64,000 nucleotides of DNA, from positions 186,001 through 250,000 of the forward strand of contig CATNEN010000041.1 of the NCBI GenBank assembly GCA_950097015.1, written 5' to 3'. The notes under the pieces are model-generated. The model saw only the letters and a list, made by a program, of their open reading frames with translations, was not told where the DNA came from and made no database searches. The stretch is from Macrostomum hystrix. Lineage: Eukaryota; Animalia; Platyhelminthes. Position numbers and translations under genes: made by a program. Shown piece after piece: positions 23,449 to 35,472 of this stretch (within the stretch, counting starts at the first letter, position 1; every line of letters starts with the position of its first letter).

Positions 23449-25986
23449 CCTCTTCCGATCTGATCCAGTTTGTGCAACATATCCGTTCCGGTCGGAATGG
23501 TACGCAGAGCTTACCATAGACTACTCTCGCTTTTGCCGAGGGCATAGACATTCCAGTCTGCTAGAATTTTGGAATGGGTCTAGAGGGCTTGAGAAAAGCA
23601 GCAGAAAAATTTCTTCATGTGTGTATACTAACCAATGTGCATAATGGCATCGGTATACCACTGTAAAATCCGTCTATGGTCTGGGGTCTTGACCATAGAG
23701 TAGTTAGCTATCGAAAATACTACATGTAGTGTATGTCACGATTTTTGTCTCACTACGCCTTCAAGTTAAGAAACTGTTCTTCTTCCCATGTACTACGCGT
23801 ACTAATAGTTGCTCAATCTTGCCAGGCTAGCATCAACCACAGTTCATTAGACAGCAGCGATTTTTTTAATAACTCTAAAACTAAATATGCAAATGGAAGA
23901 GCTAATGACGTCGGATGATGAGGAATCGATTGTCTTGGATGAGGCGTCTGATGTCATGGAGACAGGTGATGAAGAACCGACCGACGAGATGCCATGACGT
24001 CCTGCTATCGCTGAGATTGACGTCTCTGATAGTGAAACAGAGTTTCTTGGCACACCTGGCCTTAATCCTGGAATCGAAGTTCCCGTTAATGTTGAGCAAT
24101 CCACTTCATTTTTTCTTGGCCTCTTTCTACCCGACGCTTTGTTTGACGATTTAGCTAAATGGACTAACCGAAGAGCCGAGGCCGTAATCCATTCAACGCC
24201 TGCTGAGGACCTCCCTGTGAGTTATCAGAAATGGATCGATTGTAGCAAGAATGAAGTAAAGAAGGTAATCGGGATGTACCTCTACATGGGCAGCAACAAG
24301 AAGGCCGAGATGAACCAGTACTGGTGCATGGACAGCTACTATTCGACTCCATTCTTTCAAATCCCTGAAGCGCTCATCAGGGATCGCTTCAAGCAGCTGC
24401 TCGGTCTGCTTCGCTTTTACGATTGCGCTCAGGGTCCGGCTCCGGGCGATCCGTTGTTTAAGATCCGTCCTTTGCTGGACAATCTTTAGACAGCTGTGCA
24501 TGAATGTCTACATGCCGGAGGAGGATATAAGCATCGACGAGTCACTGGTGCTGTACAAGGGGCGCCTGCGCTTCAAGCAGTATATCCCAACGAAGCGCGC
24601 CAAGTACGGCATCAAGCTGTACTGCGCCTGTGAAGCCGAGACGGGGGTATCTTTACAACTTTCGCGTCCACTCAACCCCGGTGGAGAATCGCGGGTTCGA
24701 CGAAGATCTACAAGAAAACCACCTGTCTTTTAGTGAGAAGATTGTCGTGGAGCTGTGCCGAGATCTCCTGCATAAAGGCTATCGAGTATTTGTTGACAAG
24801 TGGTTTGGCTCTTATCGGCTCGCTGAGTACTTGCTGACTCGAGGAACTAATCTGACCTGCACTATCCGGTCCGATCGTGGTGTGCCGATTGAACTCAGAC
24901 AGTCGAATGTGCCACCGAATGATGTTGGCTTCATGCGCAACGGCTCCGTGCTTGTAGCTAAAATAGTAGAGAGAAAAGAGAGCGGCCTGAAGACTCTGTA
25001 CCTACTGGATACGAAGGAGGCGGCTTCCAGAGTGCCAGTCAGACGCATCATCCGTGGTGGAGGAGAAGCCATCGTGCAGAAGTGCAGATCTGCATTGACC
25101 TACAACCGATGCATGGGCGGCGTTGACCGAATGGATGGTCACATGCAGCCTCATCAACCTGGCAGAAAAACCACGAAGTGGTTTCTGAAGCTTGGTCTGC
25201 ACATGTTCCTGCAAATGGTTCGGAATGCTTGGATTGTGTACTGTCGGTGTGGCGGGCGGAAGGTTTTTTCCAAGTTTCTGGAGGCCAGCATTCGCGAATT
25301 GGTGCAGTGCACTGGAGGGAGTAGAAAGCGACCGGCTGCTGTAACTCTGGCAGTCCAGGCAATCGGTCTGATCGGCCCGCACTTTCCAACAAAAATAACG
25401 GCTCGCGAGAGTCAACTGAGACCTACGAAGCGGTGCCGCGTCTGCTATCGAGCTGGAAGCAGCAAGCGTACAATCTACTGCTGCCCGGAGTGCCCAGGTG
25501 CGCCTGGTCTGTGCCTGGAAGGCTGCTTTCAAGAATGGCACGCCTAGTTGCAGTCCGATTGATTAACTGCAAGCGTTAAAAACTTAATACAAGTATTATC
25601 GAATTGTTGCGAGACTAAATTAAATTCAACCGTTTTTAACACGTTTTCAGTTTCAATTAGCTTAAAAAAAACTATTGCCAGAATAATTATTATAACTCAA
25701 CCAGTCTAATATAGCAGAATTTAACCAGTGTTATGTAGCATATTTTAACCTTTCACATAGCCTAATTCGATATATCCTAAAGCGTACTGCAACCTGTCTT
25801 TGAATACAAAAATGGAAAAATATTGTTGTATGGAGAATATACGAGTATGCTTGGGTAAGCCCTGCTTACCATGACGACCGGAACGGATAAACATTTTTGG
25901 CCATAGACACTAATTTGCTTGCCTGGGCCAGACTGGAATTGGTGTGTCTACGTGGTAAGCAGTGCATACCATCAGACTTTTGGAGG
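23449..25986 (+). mobile_element. piggyBac DNA transposon, full length (~2.54 kb)
   Basis: TTAA at 23445-23448 and 25987-25990. Imperfect TIR CCTC......TCTGAT. Subterminal inverted repeat TATCCGTTCCGGTCG..ATGGTA.GCAG at 23480-23507 / 25862-25889. Encloses a transposase. Confidence 0.85.
23887..25547 (+). pseudogene. piggyBac (PGBD4-like) transposase, interrupted
   Basis: SIDESL, KRAKYGIK, VFVDKWFGS, YNRCMGGVDRMD (three catalytic Asp) and a C-terminal CxxC..CxxC..CxxxC domain. TGA at 23995; +1 homopolymer frameshifts at ~24487 and ~24645. Confidence 0.9.
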
Positions 25987-27221
25987 TTAATCCATCTACA
26001 GAGATTAGCAATATTTATAACTGCATAAAGCTTCAAATGAAACAGCTACAATAAGCAAATTGAATGGCTTCGCATTTTACCCAGCATTTGTTTGACTTTA
26101 CCACAAGAGCAAAAATGTAACAATTTTTTATATCTTATATCATTAAATAGAAGTTAAACAATTTGCACTATAATACCCGAGTGTAATATAAAATCATTCT
26201 CACAAGGCGAGTGGCATAGTAAAAAGCAGTAGAGCAGCATGGCGGACCAATCAAAATGCTCAGCTCATTGGCCAGCTTGTTTGCCTGTGCGATCTCACTC
26301 ACCCCTTCGTGCTCTCTGCACAGGCGGTGCGGACCCGCCCTTTTCGCCATTTCCAACTCTTCCAAAGCCGGCCGGCTACACCCCGTCTCTCTCCTGCCCC
26401 CCTTGGCCGAGCACGCGGTCTAAGTGAAATGCGAAGCCCAGGCGCCACATGGCTTGACGTAAATCGCAGAGCCTCTCTTTCTCCGCAGTGCAGCCACCCC
26501 CACCAGCGCCAGCACGCTGTGTCTTCACTCTGTCTGTGCGGCTGCACACCCCCTCACCCACCACTCAGTAGGTGCTCTCCCTCTCTCCTTTCTACTTTTC
26601 TCTCTTTTGCTACTCCGAATTTCACAGCCCACCTGCGGGCAATTCGAGAGCTTTCTTTGCGCACGCCGCCCCATGCGCTGCCCCCCTCACGCCTATCTCG
26701 GCCCTAAGGCTCGGTGCTCGTGCTTCGCAGTGCTAAGACAGCCTTTTCCTTGGAAATAAATTATCGCCAAGTCGCCTTGGCTCGCTGTTGCCCTTTCCAG
26801 CCAGTTCCGTTTTTCCTGTTTCCACGTAACAAAACTGCACTTGGAACCTGCAGCATTACCGCTTAGTTCTGCTACCCCTGATCCAACATTCCTGACCGGA
26901 GCCTTCCCGCCCGCCAACCATCCCCAGTCCGTTCGCTCTCACGGCGGCCTCTCGCTAGACGTCCGCAAGCGGCAGCTAGAGCCCAGCCGGCTGCGAGTGT
27001 CCCGCGCCTGCTATGTGGCAGTGGACCCCGGCAGCGCTAGCAGCCTAGTCAGGAGACTCGGCCGCGCCACCCTCACCTCCCTGCTGGACTTGGCCCGCCA
27101 GCCACAGCCACCCCAGCCAGAGCAGAAGCCACCCGCCCAAAAGGCACCGGGCGTGCCCCGCGACGTCACACAAGAGTCGTTCCTCTGCCTGTCTCCGTCG
27201 CCGTCAAGCCAAGCGGTTGCC

Positions 27222-28109
27222 ATGGAGATGCAGATAATTAGCGGCGGTGGCGGCGCCTCGACCAACGGTAACGCCCTGGACACCCGCGGACTGGTAGCGG
27301 AGATCCAGCGAAGCCAGGCGGCCAAGAAGCAGCGCTACGATGAGGAGGAGATGCTGCGCAGGTCACTGCGTGAGTCAGAACGGCTGCGCCGGCTGAAGCG
27401 GGGCGCCGCCGCTCCGGCTGCCGCCTCCGTCATCGGCGAGGAGAATGTCGGCTTCGACCACAGCGAAGCTGCCGCTACAGCTGCGGCGGTCGCCGCATCG
27501 GCTGCAGCTGCTCGGCCACCGGCCACCGGCGACGAGGTTCGCGACCTCCTGCAACTCATCCGAGACGAAGGCATCGACATTGACGCCGACGAGGGTGAAG
27601 GCTGTCTGGCCGCGCTCGCCGAGTCGCCGCGGTTTGACGCCATCCTCCGCCTGCAGGCGCTGGCGGCTGCCGGCCGCGTCGTGGCAGGACGCTCAGCTAG
27701 TCGAGACGCCATCGGTGCGGCCGCAGCCGCCGATGCAGCGGTCGCCACCGTCGCGACGTCGTCCAACTCGAGGAAAGAGATGTCGCAATCGGCCGCCGAG
27801 TTCCGCCGCCTGCTGGCCGGGCCGCACCTGCGGTCGCTGCTGCAGGCACACGACCTCGCGCTGGCGGCCTTGCAGCCTCCCGCTGCTCCGGCAGCCCAAG
27901 CAAAGCCAGCAGCTCCGGTGACAACGGAGCAAAAGAAGCCGCGCCATGCAGCACCTCCACCGCCTCCACCGACGTCTTCCCAGGCACAGCAGCCGCCACA
28001 CCAGCAGCAGCAGCAGCAGCAGCAGTTTCAATGCTTCGAGGAGCTGATTGTTGAGGACGGTGTTCAGTTCAAACGGGTGGTGCTGTTCAAGGACGGAAAC
28101 CGACCGCTG
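27222..28109 (+). CDS. MPP5: PALS1/MPP5/stardust-like MAGUK, exon with ECR2-like segment, two L27-like domains and start of PDZ (start provisional; frame open from 26841)
   Basis: EEEMLRRSLRESERLRRL resembles stardust ECR2; LRSLLQAHD (L27); RVVLFKDGNRPL; GTGAGT donor at 28110. Confidence 0.78.
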
Positions 28110-28199
28110 GTGAGTTCATGCTTATCAATGCACCACTTCAGGATTTGAGCATTGCAGTTATCCCAAGTGCAATCATCCACGCTCACCTGGCCTTCGCAG

Positions 28200-28361
28200 G
28201 GTGCGACAATCAAGAATGAAGGCGACTCGGTGGTGGTCAGCCGTGTCGTCTGCGGCGGCATCTGCCAGCAGACCGGGCTGCTGCGTGAAGGCGACGAGCT
28301 TCTGACGGCCAACGATATCGAGCTGCGCGGCAAGAATGTCAACGAGGTCTACGAGATCCTG
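28200..28361 (+). CDS. MPP5: MPP5-like exon, PDZ domain
   Basis: GATIKNEGDSVVVSRVVCGG...LLREGDELL..N.IELRGKNVNEV closely matches the stardust/PALS1 PDZ; AG/GT boundaries phase 0/0. Confidence 0.9.
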
Positions 28362-28448
28362 GTGAGCCGCGAGGGGCGTGGGAATATTTTATCAGTTCTG
28401 AATCCCCTGCTTCACAATCCCCATTCGGCCTAAATTGCTTTCCTCTAG

Positions 28449-28825
28449 CAACGGATGTCGGGCCAGCTGACCTTCTTTGTCCTGCCGGCTGCGGACTACC
28501 GGCCGCCCACGCAGCCCTCTGGCCCTGACGGCCTGACCCTGCGCGCCCTGTTCACCTACAACCCTCTGGAGGACTTCTACAACCCCTGCAAGGACCTGGG
28601 CCTGGACTTCACCCTAGGCGACATCATCCACGTGGCCAGCCGGGACGACCCCAACTGGTGGCAGGGCTGGCGCGAGGGCCACCGTCAGGAGGACGGCCTG
28701 GCAAGGATTTTCCCTTCACCAGAGTTCCAGCGACAGCGTGAGTGCATCAGCATCTGCCTGCAGCCGCAGGAGGACGAGGAGCCGTCTGGCTGCTGCCCTG
28801 GACTGTCCGGCTACTCGCCCGCCAC
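28449..28825 (+). CDS. MPP5: MPP5-like exon, SH3 plus short HOOK
   Basis: RALFTYNPLEDFYNPCKDLGLDF..GDIIHV...DDPNWWQG..PS; TAG acceptor and GTGAGA donor at 28826 (phase 2). Confidence 0.87.
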
Positions 28826-29069
28826 GTGAGAAGGGGCAGAATTGCTTTCTGGGAAACTCCGACACCTTTGTTTGTGGCCGGCGTCTCAGTATGTGCCGAT
28901 TTAAGACTTCTCATTTGATGGGATATTTCAGGTTCTCATTTGATTGGATATTTCAGCTCCTCATTTGATGGGGTATTTCAGCTTCTCAGTTGATGGGTTT
29001 TCGACACGCTTAGTGACACCGTTATATTAATCTAAAATATACTCTAACATCACATGTTGCTGTACGCAG

Positions 29070-29578
29070 CGTGGAGGCACCGCAGCGGCGGCCCTTCTAC
29101 GAGCGCCAGGCCCGCCTGCTGCCACAGCCGCTGCGCCGCCGGCCGCTGGTCCTGGTTGGGCCGCCTGGGGTCGGTCGTCACGAGCTGCGAGTCCGCCTGG
29201 TCGAGTCCGACCCCAGCCGCTTCGCCTCGGCGGTGCCGCACACGACCCGAGCCGCCAAGCCGGAGGAGGCGGACGGCAAGGACTATTGGTTCGTCAGCAA
29301 GCAGGAGTTCCAGCGGTTGCGCTCCGAAGGTGCTTTCATCGAAACTGGTCAGTTTGAAAACGACCTGTACGGCACCAGCGTTGAGAGCATCCAGAAGGTC
29401 GTGGGCGAGGGCAAAGTCTGCGTCCTCACCTTGCAGCCCGAGAACCTTGAGGCCCTGCGAAAACCACCCGGCCCGCCTCATGCCATACGCCGTGTTTGTC
29501 AGCCAGCCCAGCACCGACCGGCTGCGGGCGCTGCGGCGAAAACTGGCCGGCAATTCGCAGCACACTCCCGACCCCTCC
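29070..29578 (+). CDS. MPP5: MPP5-like exon, guanylate kinase domain (apparent +1 frameshift at ~29461)
   Basis: RPLVLVGPPGVGRHELRVRL, AVPHTTR, DGKDYWFVS, LYGTS; the frame switches to LMPYAVFV in an A-run; GTGAGC donor at 29579. Confidence 0.87.
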
Positions 29579-29589
29579 GTGAGCTGCTG

Positions 29590-30080
29590 CTATCACTCTA
29601 TGGTTACTGCCTGTCACTTTATGGTTGCTGCCTGTCACTCTTTATGTGCTGCCTGTCTCTCTCTATGTTTGCTGTCTGTCACTCTATGTTTACTGCCTGT
29701 CACTCTATGGTTGCTGTATGTCACTCTTTATGTGCTGCCTGACTCTCTCTATAGGTGCTGCCTGTCACTCTGTGGGTGCTGCCTGTCACTCTGTGGGTGC
29801 TGCCTGTCACTCTGTGGGTGCTGCCTGTCACTCTGTGGGTGCTGCCTGTCACTCTGTGGGTGCTGCCTGTCACTCTGTTGGTGCTGCCTGTCACTCTGTG
29901 GGTGCTGCCTGTCACTCTGTGGGTGCTGCCTGTCACTCTGTGGGTGCTGCCTGTCACTCTGTGGGTGCTGCCTGTCACTCTGTGGGTGCTGCCTGTCACT
30001 CTGTGGGTGCTGCCTGTCACTCTGTGGGTGCTGCCTGTCACTCTGTGGGTGCTGCCTGTCACTCTGTGGGTGCTGCCTGT
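29590..30080. repeat. 21-bp intronic minisatellite (GCTGCCTGTCACTCTGTGGGT) with a degenerate 5' edge
   Basis: About 23 copies starting right after the donor. Confidence 0.95.
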
Positions 30081-30219
30081 TAGGTTGCCTGTCCATCGGT
30101 GCAGAAAGGTTCTTCTCTCTCGTATCAGGCACATGATCTTCTACAAGTATCTACCTCATACGTTGGTATCTGTCACTCGGAATCTGTCACACCATCCTCC
30201 TCCTCCCCGCCCATCCCAG

Positions 30220-30435
30220 GACGAGGAGCTGCGCGGCATTGTGGAGCTGGGCCGCAGCATGGAGGAGTCCCACGGCCACCTGTTCGACTTTGCTCTGGTG
30301 CACACGGACCTGGCGGCTGCGCACAACCAGCTGCTGGGCCAGGTGTCTCGGCTCGAGCGCGAGCCCCAGTGGGTGCCCGCCTCCTGGCTGCTGGCAGATG
30401 CTGACCCGGCCGAGGACTTGGACACCGCCTTTTAA
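30220..30435 (+). CDS. MPP5: MPP5-like terminal exon
   Basis: DEELRGIVE...HGHLFD...LEREPQWVPASW is a typical MPP C-terminus; CAG acceptor phase 0; TAA stop. Confidence 0.9.
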   Translation, partial: DEELRGIVELGRSMEESHGHLFDFALVHTDLAAAHNQLLGQVSRLEREPQWVPASWLLADADPAEDLDTAF

Positions 30436-31189
30436 GAGGAACTCTCGACCGAATTCACTCCTGTTGTCTGCACCATTGCCATTGCACTGGGGCCGCTGCA
30501 GACCATTTGTACACAATTTGGGATCTGCAGGTGGAACCCGGGATTAGGGATAGAAATCCCTGATTGGATAATAGAAACCGGGATTGTTGATTGAAATCCT
30601 TGATCTTCTGAGTCCAAAATAAAAGTGCAACTGTACTATTACGCGCCCCATCGCCCGCTTGCCAGGCCCCTCAGCTGGCGGGCTGCCGCCCCTTCCACTG
30701 TCTTTGGCTGGCCAAAACTGCTGATCAAATTGTGTCACCAGAGACTAAATTAATCAGTTTTCACTTTTTGTACTTCGATAAGTATTGCATGCCCTGTAAT
30801 CCCAGTTACTGTATTGCTGTAATGCTGTAAACTGCCCATTCCAATGGCCTGGCTTTCTAGCCTTCATAGTCAGTCAATGTGTGCTCATTCCACATCTGCT
30901 TACCGAAATGACCCCAAATTGATGATTTTTCACCATTCAGAATCTGAGCTAGCAGAGTTCCAGTTGTGATTATGGAGAATCTTGGATTCCAGTGTTTTTC
31001 TCACTGCTTATTTGAAAATAGACGGACCTGTAATTACTCCGCTTGGCTCTGCCCAATCAGAACCATTTTGCCGAGACACTTTTGCTTCCTAACTTTGCCT
31101 GAGGGCCAAATTTTCACTTCCGAAATCAGCTGCCTCACCACCTGACCGGTGCAGACTTCAACCTGCGCTTCGTTATTTGCTATCAGTAC

Positions 31190-32095
31190 TGAGTGTGTGT
31201 GAGTGTGTGTGTGTGTGAGTATTGCTGTGTGTGTGAGTGTGTGTGTGTGTGAGTATTGCTGTGTGTGTGAGTGTGTGAGTATTGCTGTGTGTGTGAGTGT
31301 GTGTGAGTGTGTGTGTGTGTGTGAGTATTGCTGTGTGTGTGTGTGTGTGAGTATTGCTGTGTGTGTGAGTGTGTGTGAGTGTGTGTGTGTGTGTGAGTAT
31401 TGCTGTGTGTGTGAGTGTGTGTGAGTGTGTGTGTGTGTGTGAGTATTGCTGTGTGTGTGAGTGTGTGTGTGAGTGTGTGTGTGTGTGAGTATTGCTGTGT
31501 ATGTGTGTGTGTGTGTATGTGTGTATGTGTGTGTGTATGTGTGTGTGTGTGTATGTGTGTGTGTATGTGTGAGTGTGTGTATGTGTGAGTGTGTGTATGT
31601 GTGTGTGTATGTGTGAGTGTGTGTATGTGTGAGTGTGTGTATGTGTGAGTGTGTGTATGTGTGAGTGTGTGTATGTGTGAGTGTGTGTATGTGTGAGTGT
31701 GTGTATGTGTGATTGTGTGTCTCTGTGTGTGTGAGTACGTGTCTGTGAGTGTGTGAGTGTGAGTCAGTGTGAGTGTGTGTATGTGTGAGTGTGTGTATGT
31801 GTGAGTGTGTGTATGTGTGAGTGTGTGTATGTGTGAGTGTGTGTATGTGTGAGTGTGTGTATGTGTGTGTGTATGTGTGAGTGTGTGTATGTGTGAGTGT
31901 GTGTATGTGTGATTGTGTGTCTCTGTGTGTGTGAGTACGTGTCTGTGAGTGTGTGAGTGTGAGTCAGTGTGAGTGTGTGTATGTGTGAGTGTGTGTATGT
32001 GTGAGTGTGTGTATGTGTGAGTGTGTGTATGTGTGAGTCTGTGAGTGTGTGTATGTGTGAGTGTGTGAGTGTGTGTATGTGTCAGTAGTGTGAGT
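31190..32095. repeat. (GT)-rich compound microsatellite with higher-order blocks
   Basis: GTGTGTATGTGTGA and GAGTATTGCTGTGTGT subunits; internal ~180-bp duplication. Confidence 0.96.
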
Positions 32096-32789
32096 GTATT
32101 TGGTCGTGCGCAATTTTGATCTGTAATGCACATGATGTGGCTCAACCGCAGTGACTCAAACGCAGTGTGACTCAGTCGAATGCAGTGATTTATGTGGTGT
32201 AGTGTTGAATAATGTCATTAGGTCGAAGTGAGAGCTTCGAACAATGTGCTTGGATAGTAAGCGCGAAGGGCAACATAGTTTCCGCGAATATTGAACTCTG
32301 CAACAGACGCAATCGACTTGTTATCATCACACAGCCCAGCCCAATTATTAAATGGAACATCTTTTCACTCTTAAGCATCTCAAACTTGAACAGATGTCAG
32401 ACTACTGTGAGTAGCTGGTGCGTGAATTTCTGCGCATCCCTGAGGCTGTAACTGTGTCCCTGATTCTAGACAAGTCTCTGCGGTGCCAGGGCTATGGCTT
32501 GTATGGGGACTGTACACTTGCGTGGGTAGCACTGCTGCTGACTGTCTTGCATTTGGCGCTAGCAGAGTTTGGCGCGAGCTAAAAATAGCGAAAAAACGGA
32601 CTCTGCTCTGCCCTTCTCTGCACATTTATACTCGGCACTAATAGCTGTTGTTTCTCAGCCCCAGTTTTTGCTTTACTTGCTCATCAGCAGAAATACAAAA
32701 GCGAAAAGCTGCTTCGAAGCTACGCCAAAAAGCAACAGCAGAACAGCAGGATTGGTCTAGCGGCTACCGCAGCCAGCTTAGCAGCTGCG

Positions 32790-32945
32790 ATGGAACAGGA
32801 TTTGGAGTACATCAAGGTCACTGGCGGAAATGACGGTGAGGTCAACCCCAACGGCCCGCTTGATGAGGCCCCAGACCTGGCAGAAGAAGACATCCAGGGC
32901 GTCGAGGACGTCTGGGTGTACAAGGACACAAACAACAGATCACTG
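32790..32945 (+). CDS. Second MAGUK (MPP-like PDZ-SH3-GuK paralogue) exon 1
   Basis: MEQDLEY...EDVWVYKDTNNRSL parallels VVLFKDGNRPL of the first gene; GTGAGG donor at 32946, phase 0. Confidence 0.7.
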
Positions 32946-32974
32946 GTGAGGACTGGGGTGCAGATGCAGGGAGG

Positions 32975-34858
32975 GTAGAACAGGGACGGTAGGGCAGGAG
33001 ATTCAGGGAGGGTAGGGAAGGAGATGCAGGGAAGGTGGGGCAGCAGATGCAGGGAAGGTGGGGCAGGAGATTCAGGGAGGGTAGGGAAGGAGATGCAGGG
33101 AAGGTGGGGCAGCAGATGCAGGGAAGTTGGGGCAGGAGATTCAGGGAGGGTAGGGAAGGAGATGCAGGGAAGGTTGGGCAGGAGATTCAGGGAGGGTAGG
33201 GAAGGAGATGCAGGGAAGGTGGGGCAGGAGATACAGGGAAGGTGGGGCAGCAGATGCAGGGAAGGTGGGGCAGGAGATGCAGGGAGGGTAGGGAAGGAGA
33301 TGCTGGGAAGGTGGGGCAGGAGATTCAGGAAGGGTAGGGAAGGAGATGCAGGGAAGGTGGGGCAGGAGATTCAGGAGGGTAGGGAAGGAGATGCAGGGAA
33401 GGTGGGGCAGCAGATGCAGGGAAGGTGGGGCAGGAGATGCAGGGAAGGTGGGGCAGCAGATGCAGGGAAGGGGGGCAGCAGATTCAGGGAGGGTAGGGAA
33501 GGAGATGCAAGGAAGTTGGTGCAGGAGATTCAGCGAGGGTAGGGAAGGAGATGCTGGGAAGGTGGGGCAGGAGATGCAGGGAAGGTGGGGCAGGAGATGC
33601 AGGGAAGGTAGGGAAGGAGATGCAGGGAAGGTGGGGCAGGAGATGCAGGGAAGTTGGGGCAGGAGATTCAGGGAGGGTAGGGAAGGAGATGCAAGGAAGT
33701 TGGTGCAGGAGATTCAGCGAGGGTAGGGAAGGAGATGCTGGGAAGGTGGGGCAGGAGATGCAGGGAAGGTGGGGCAGGAGATGCAGGGAAGGTAGGGAAG
33801 GAGATGCAGGGAAGGTGGGGCAGGAGATGCAGGGAAGTTGGGGCAGGAGATTCAGAGAGGGTAGGGAAGGAGAGCTGGGAAGGTGGGGCAGGAGATTCAG
33901 GGAGGGTAGGGAAGGAGATGCAGGGAAGGTGGGGCAGGAGATGCAGGGAAGGTGGGGCAGCAGATGCAGGGAAGGGGGGCAGCAGATGCAGGGAGGGTAG
34001 GGAAGGAGATCAGGGAAGGTGGGGCAGGAGATGCAGGGAAGGTGGGGCAGCAGATGCAGGGAAGGTGGGGTAGGAGATGCAGGGAAGGTAGGGAAGGAGA
34101 TGCAGGGAAGGTGGGGCAGGAGATGCAGGGAAGTTGGGGCAGGAGATTCAGGGAGGGTAGGGAAGGAGAGCTGGGAAGGTGGGGCAGGAGATGCAGGGAA
34201 GTTGGGGCAGGAGATTCAGGGAGGGTAGGGAAGGAGAGCTGGGAAGGTGGGGCAGGAGATGCAGGGAAGGTGGGGCAGCAGATGCAGGGAAGGTGGGGCA
34301 GGAGATGCAGGGAAGGTGGGGCAGGAGATGCAGGGAAGGTGGGGCAGCAGATGCAGGGAAGGGGGGCAGCAGATTCAGGGAGGGTAGGGAAGGAGATGCA
34401 GGGAAGGTGGGGCAGGAGATACAGGGAAGGTGGGGCAGCAGTGCAGGGAAGGTGGGGCAGGAGATGCAGGGAAGGTGGGGCAGGAGATGCAGGGAGGGTA
34501 GGGAAAGAGATGCTGGGAAGGTGGGGCAGGAGATACAGGGAAGGTGGGGCAGCAGATGCAGGGAAGGTGGGGCAGGAGATGCAGGGAGGGTAGGGAAGGA
34601 GATGCTGGGAAGGTGGGGCAGGAGATTCAGGGAGGGTAGGGAAGAAGATGCAGGGAAGGTGGGGCAGGAGATACAGGGAAGGTGGGGCAGCAGTGCAGGG
34701 AAGGTGGGGCAGGAGATGCAGGGAAGGTGGGGCAGGAGATGCAGGGAGGGTAGGGAAGGAGATGCAGGGAAGGTGGGGCAGGAGATACAGGGAAGGTGGG
34801 GCAGGAGATGCAGGGAAGGTGGGGCAGGAGATGCAGGGAAAGTGGGGCAGCAGATGCA
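32975..34858. repeat. Purine/G-rich ~23-bp minisatellite (GCAGGGAAGGTGGGGCAGGAGAT and variants)
   Basis: About 1.9 kb, fills intron 1 of the second MAGUK. Confidence 0.95.
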
Positions 34859-35083
34859 GACTTACTACGATATTCCAACTACTATCCTGCTGCGATTCCT
34901 TGAGATAGCCATGAGATTTCTCATGGACATGAGAGCTGTAGCAGCTGTGTTAAATGAAGCAAAATTGCAGCTGTCCCAGTTCCCCATGCTTTGTAATGCA
35001 GCTGCAGCAGTATTTTGCAGTATTGAAGCAAAATTGCAGCTGAAATCGTCGATTTTGATTTCTCCGTCATTTTCCCAACGCAG

Positions 35084-35231
35084 GGGCTGGTACTCAACAG
35101 TGAGCTAGAGGTCACTCATGTTATTTGCCGAGGTGCTAGCGATGGAAAAACTGCGTCGTGGCGACCGGCTGCTGTCTGTTGACGGCAAAGAGCTGGCTGA
35201 ACTGACTCAAGAACAATTGGCCTTCGTTCTG
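35084..35231 (+). CDS. Second MAGUK exon 2, PDZ (apparent +1 frameshift in A-run at ~35150)
   Basis: GLVLNSELEVTHVICRGASDG/KLRRGDRLLSVDGKELAELTQEQLAFVL; CAG acceptor and GTGAGA donor; length 148 = 3n+1. Confidence 0.78.
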
Positions 35232-35472
35232 GTGAGAACTCAAGCGTACACTGACTATTGTGGTCTAATGTATTTGTGTAGATAGCAAAGCCCGGGGTTA
35301 GCACGAAAGCTAGAGCCGCAAACACTCTTAACGCGGTCCTCGCAAACAAACAGGTAGAACGAATTGTCTATGGGATATTTAGCTGCAACGGTCAAATACT
35401 AGTTTCTATATAATGAAAGTACAACACATAAAAGTACAACACATCACCCCCTGATCTCCGGATCACAAGAGA

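Noticed and set aside
28738-28743. GTGAGT donor ending the SH3 exon at 28737
   Set aside because: It gives phase 1, incompatible with the phase-2 acceptor at 29070; the donor at 28826 fits and matches the paralogue
31183-32145. His/Thr-rich 320-aa ORF
   Set aside because: Translation of a (CA)n microsatellite
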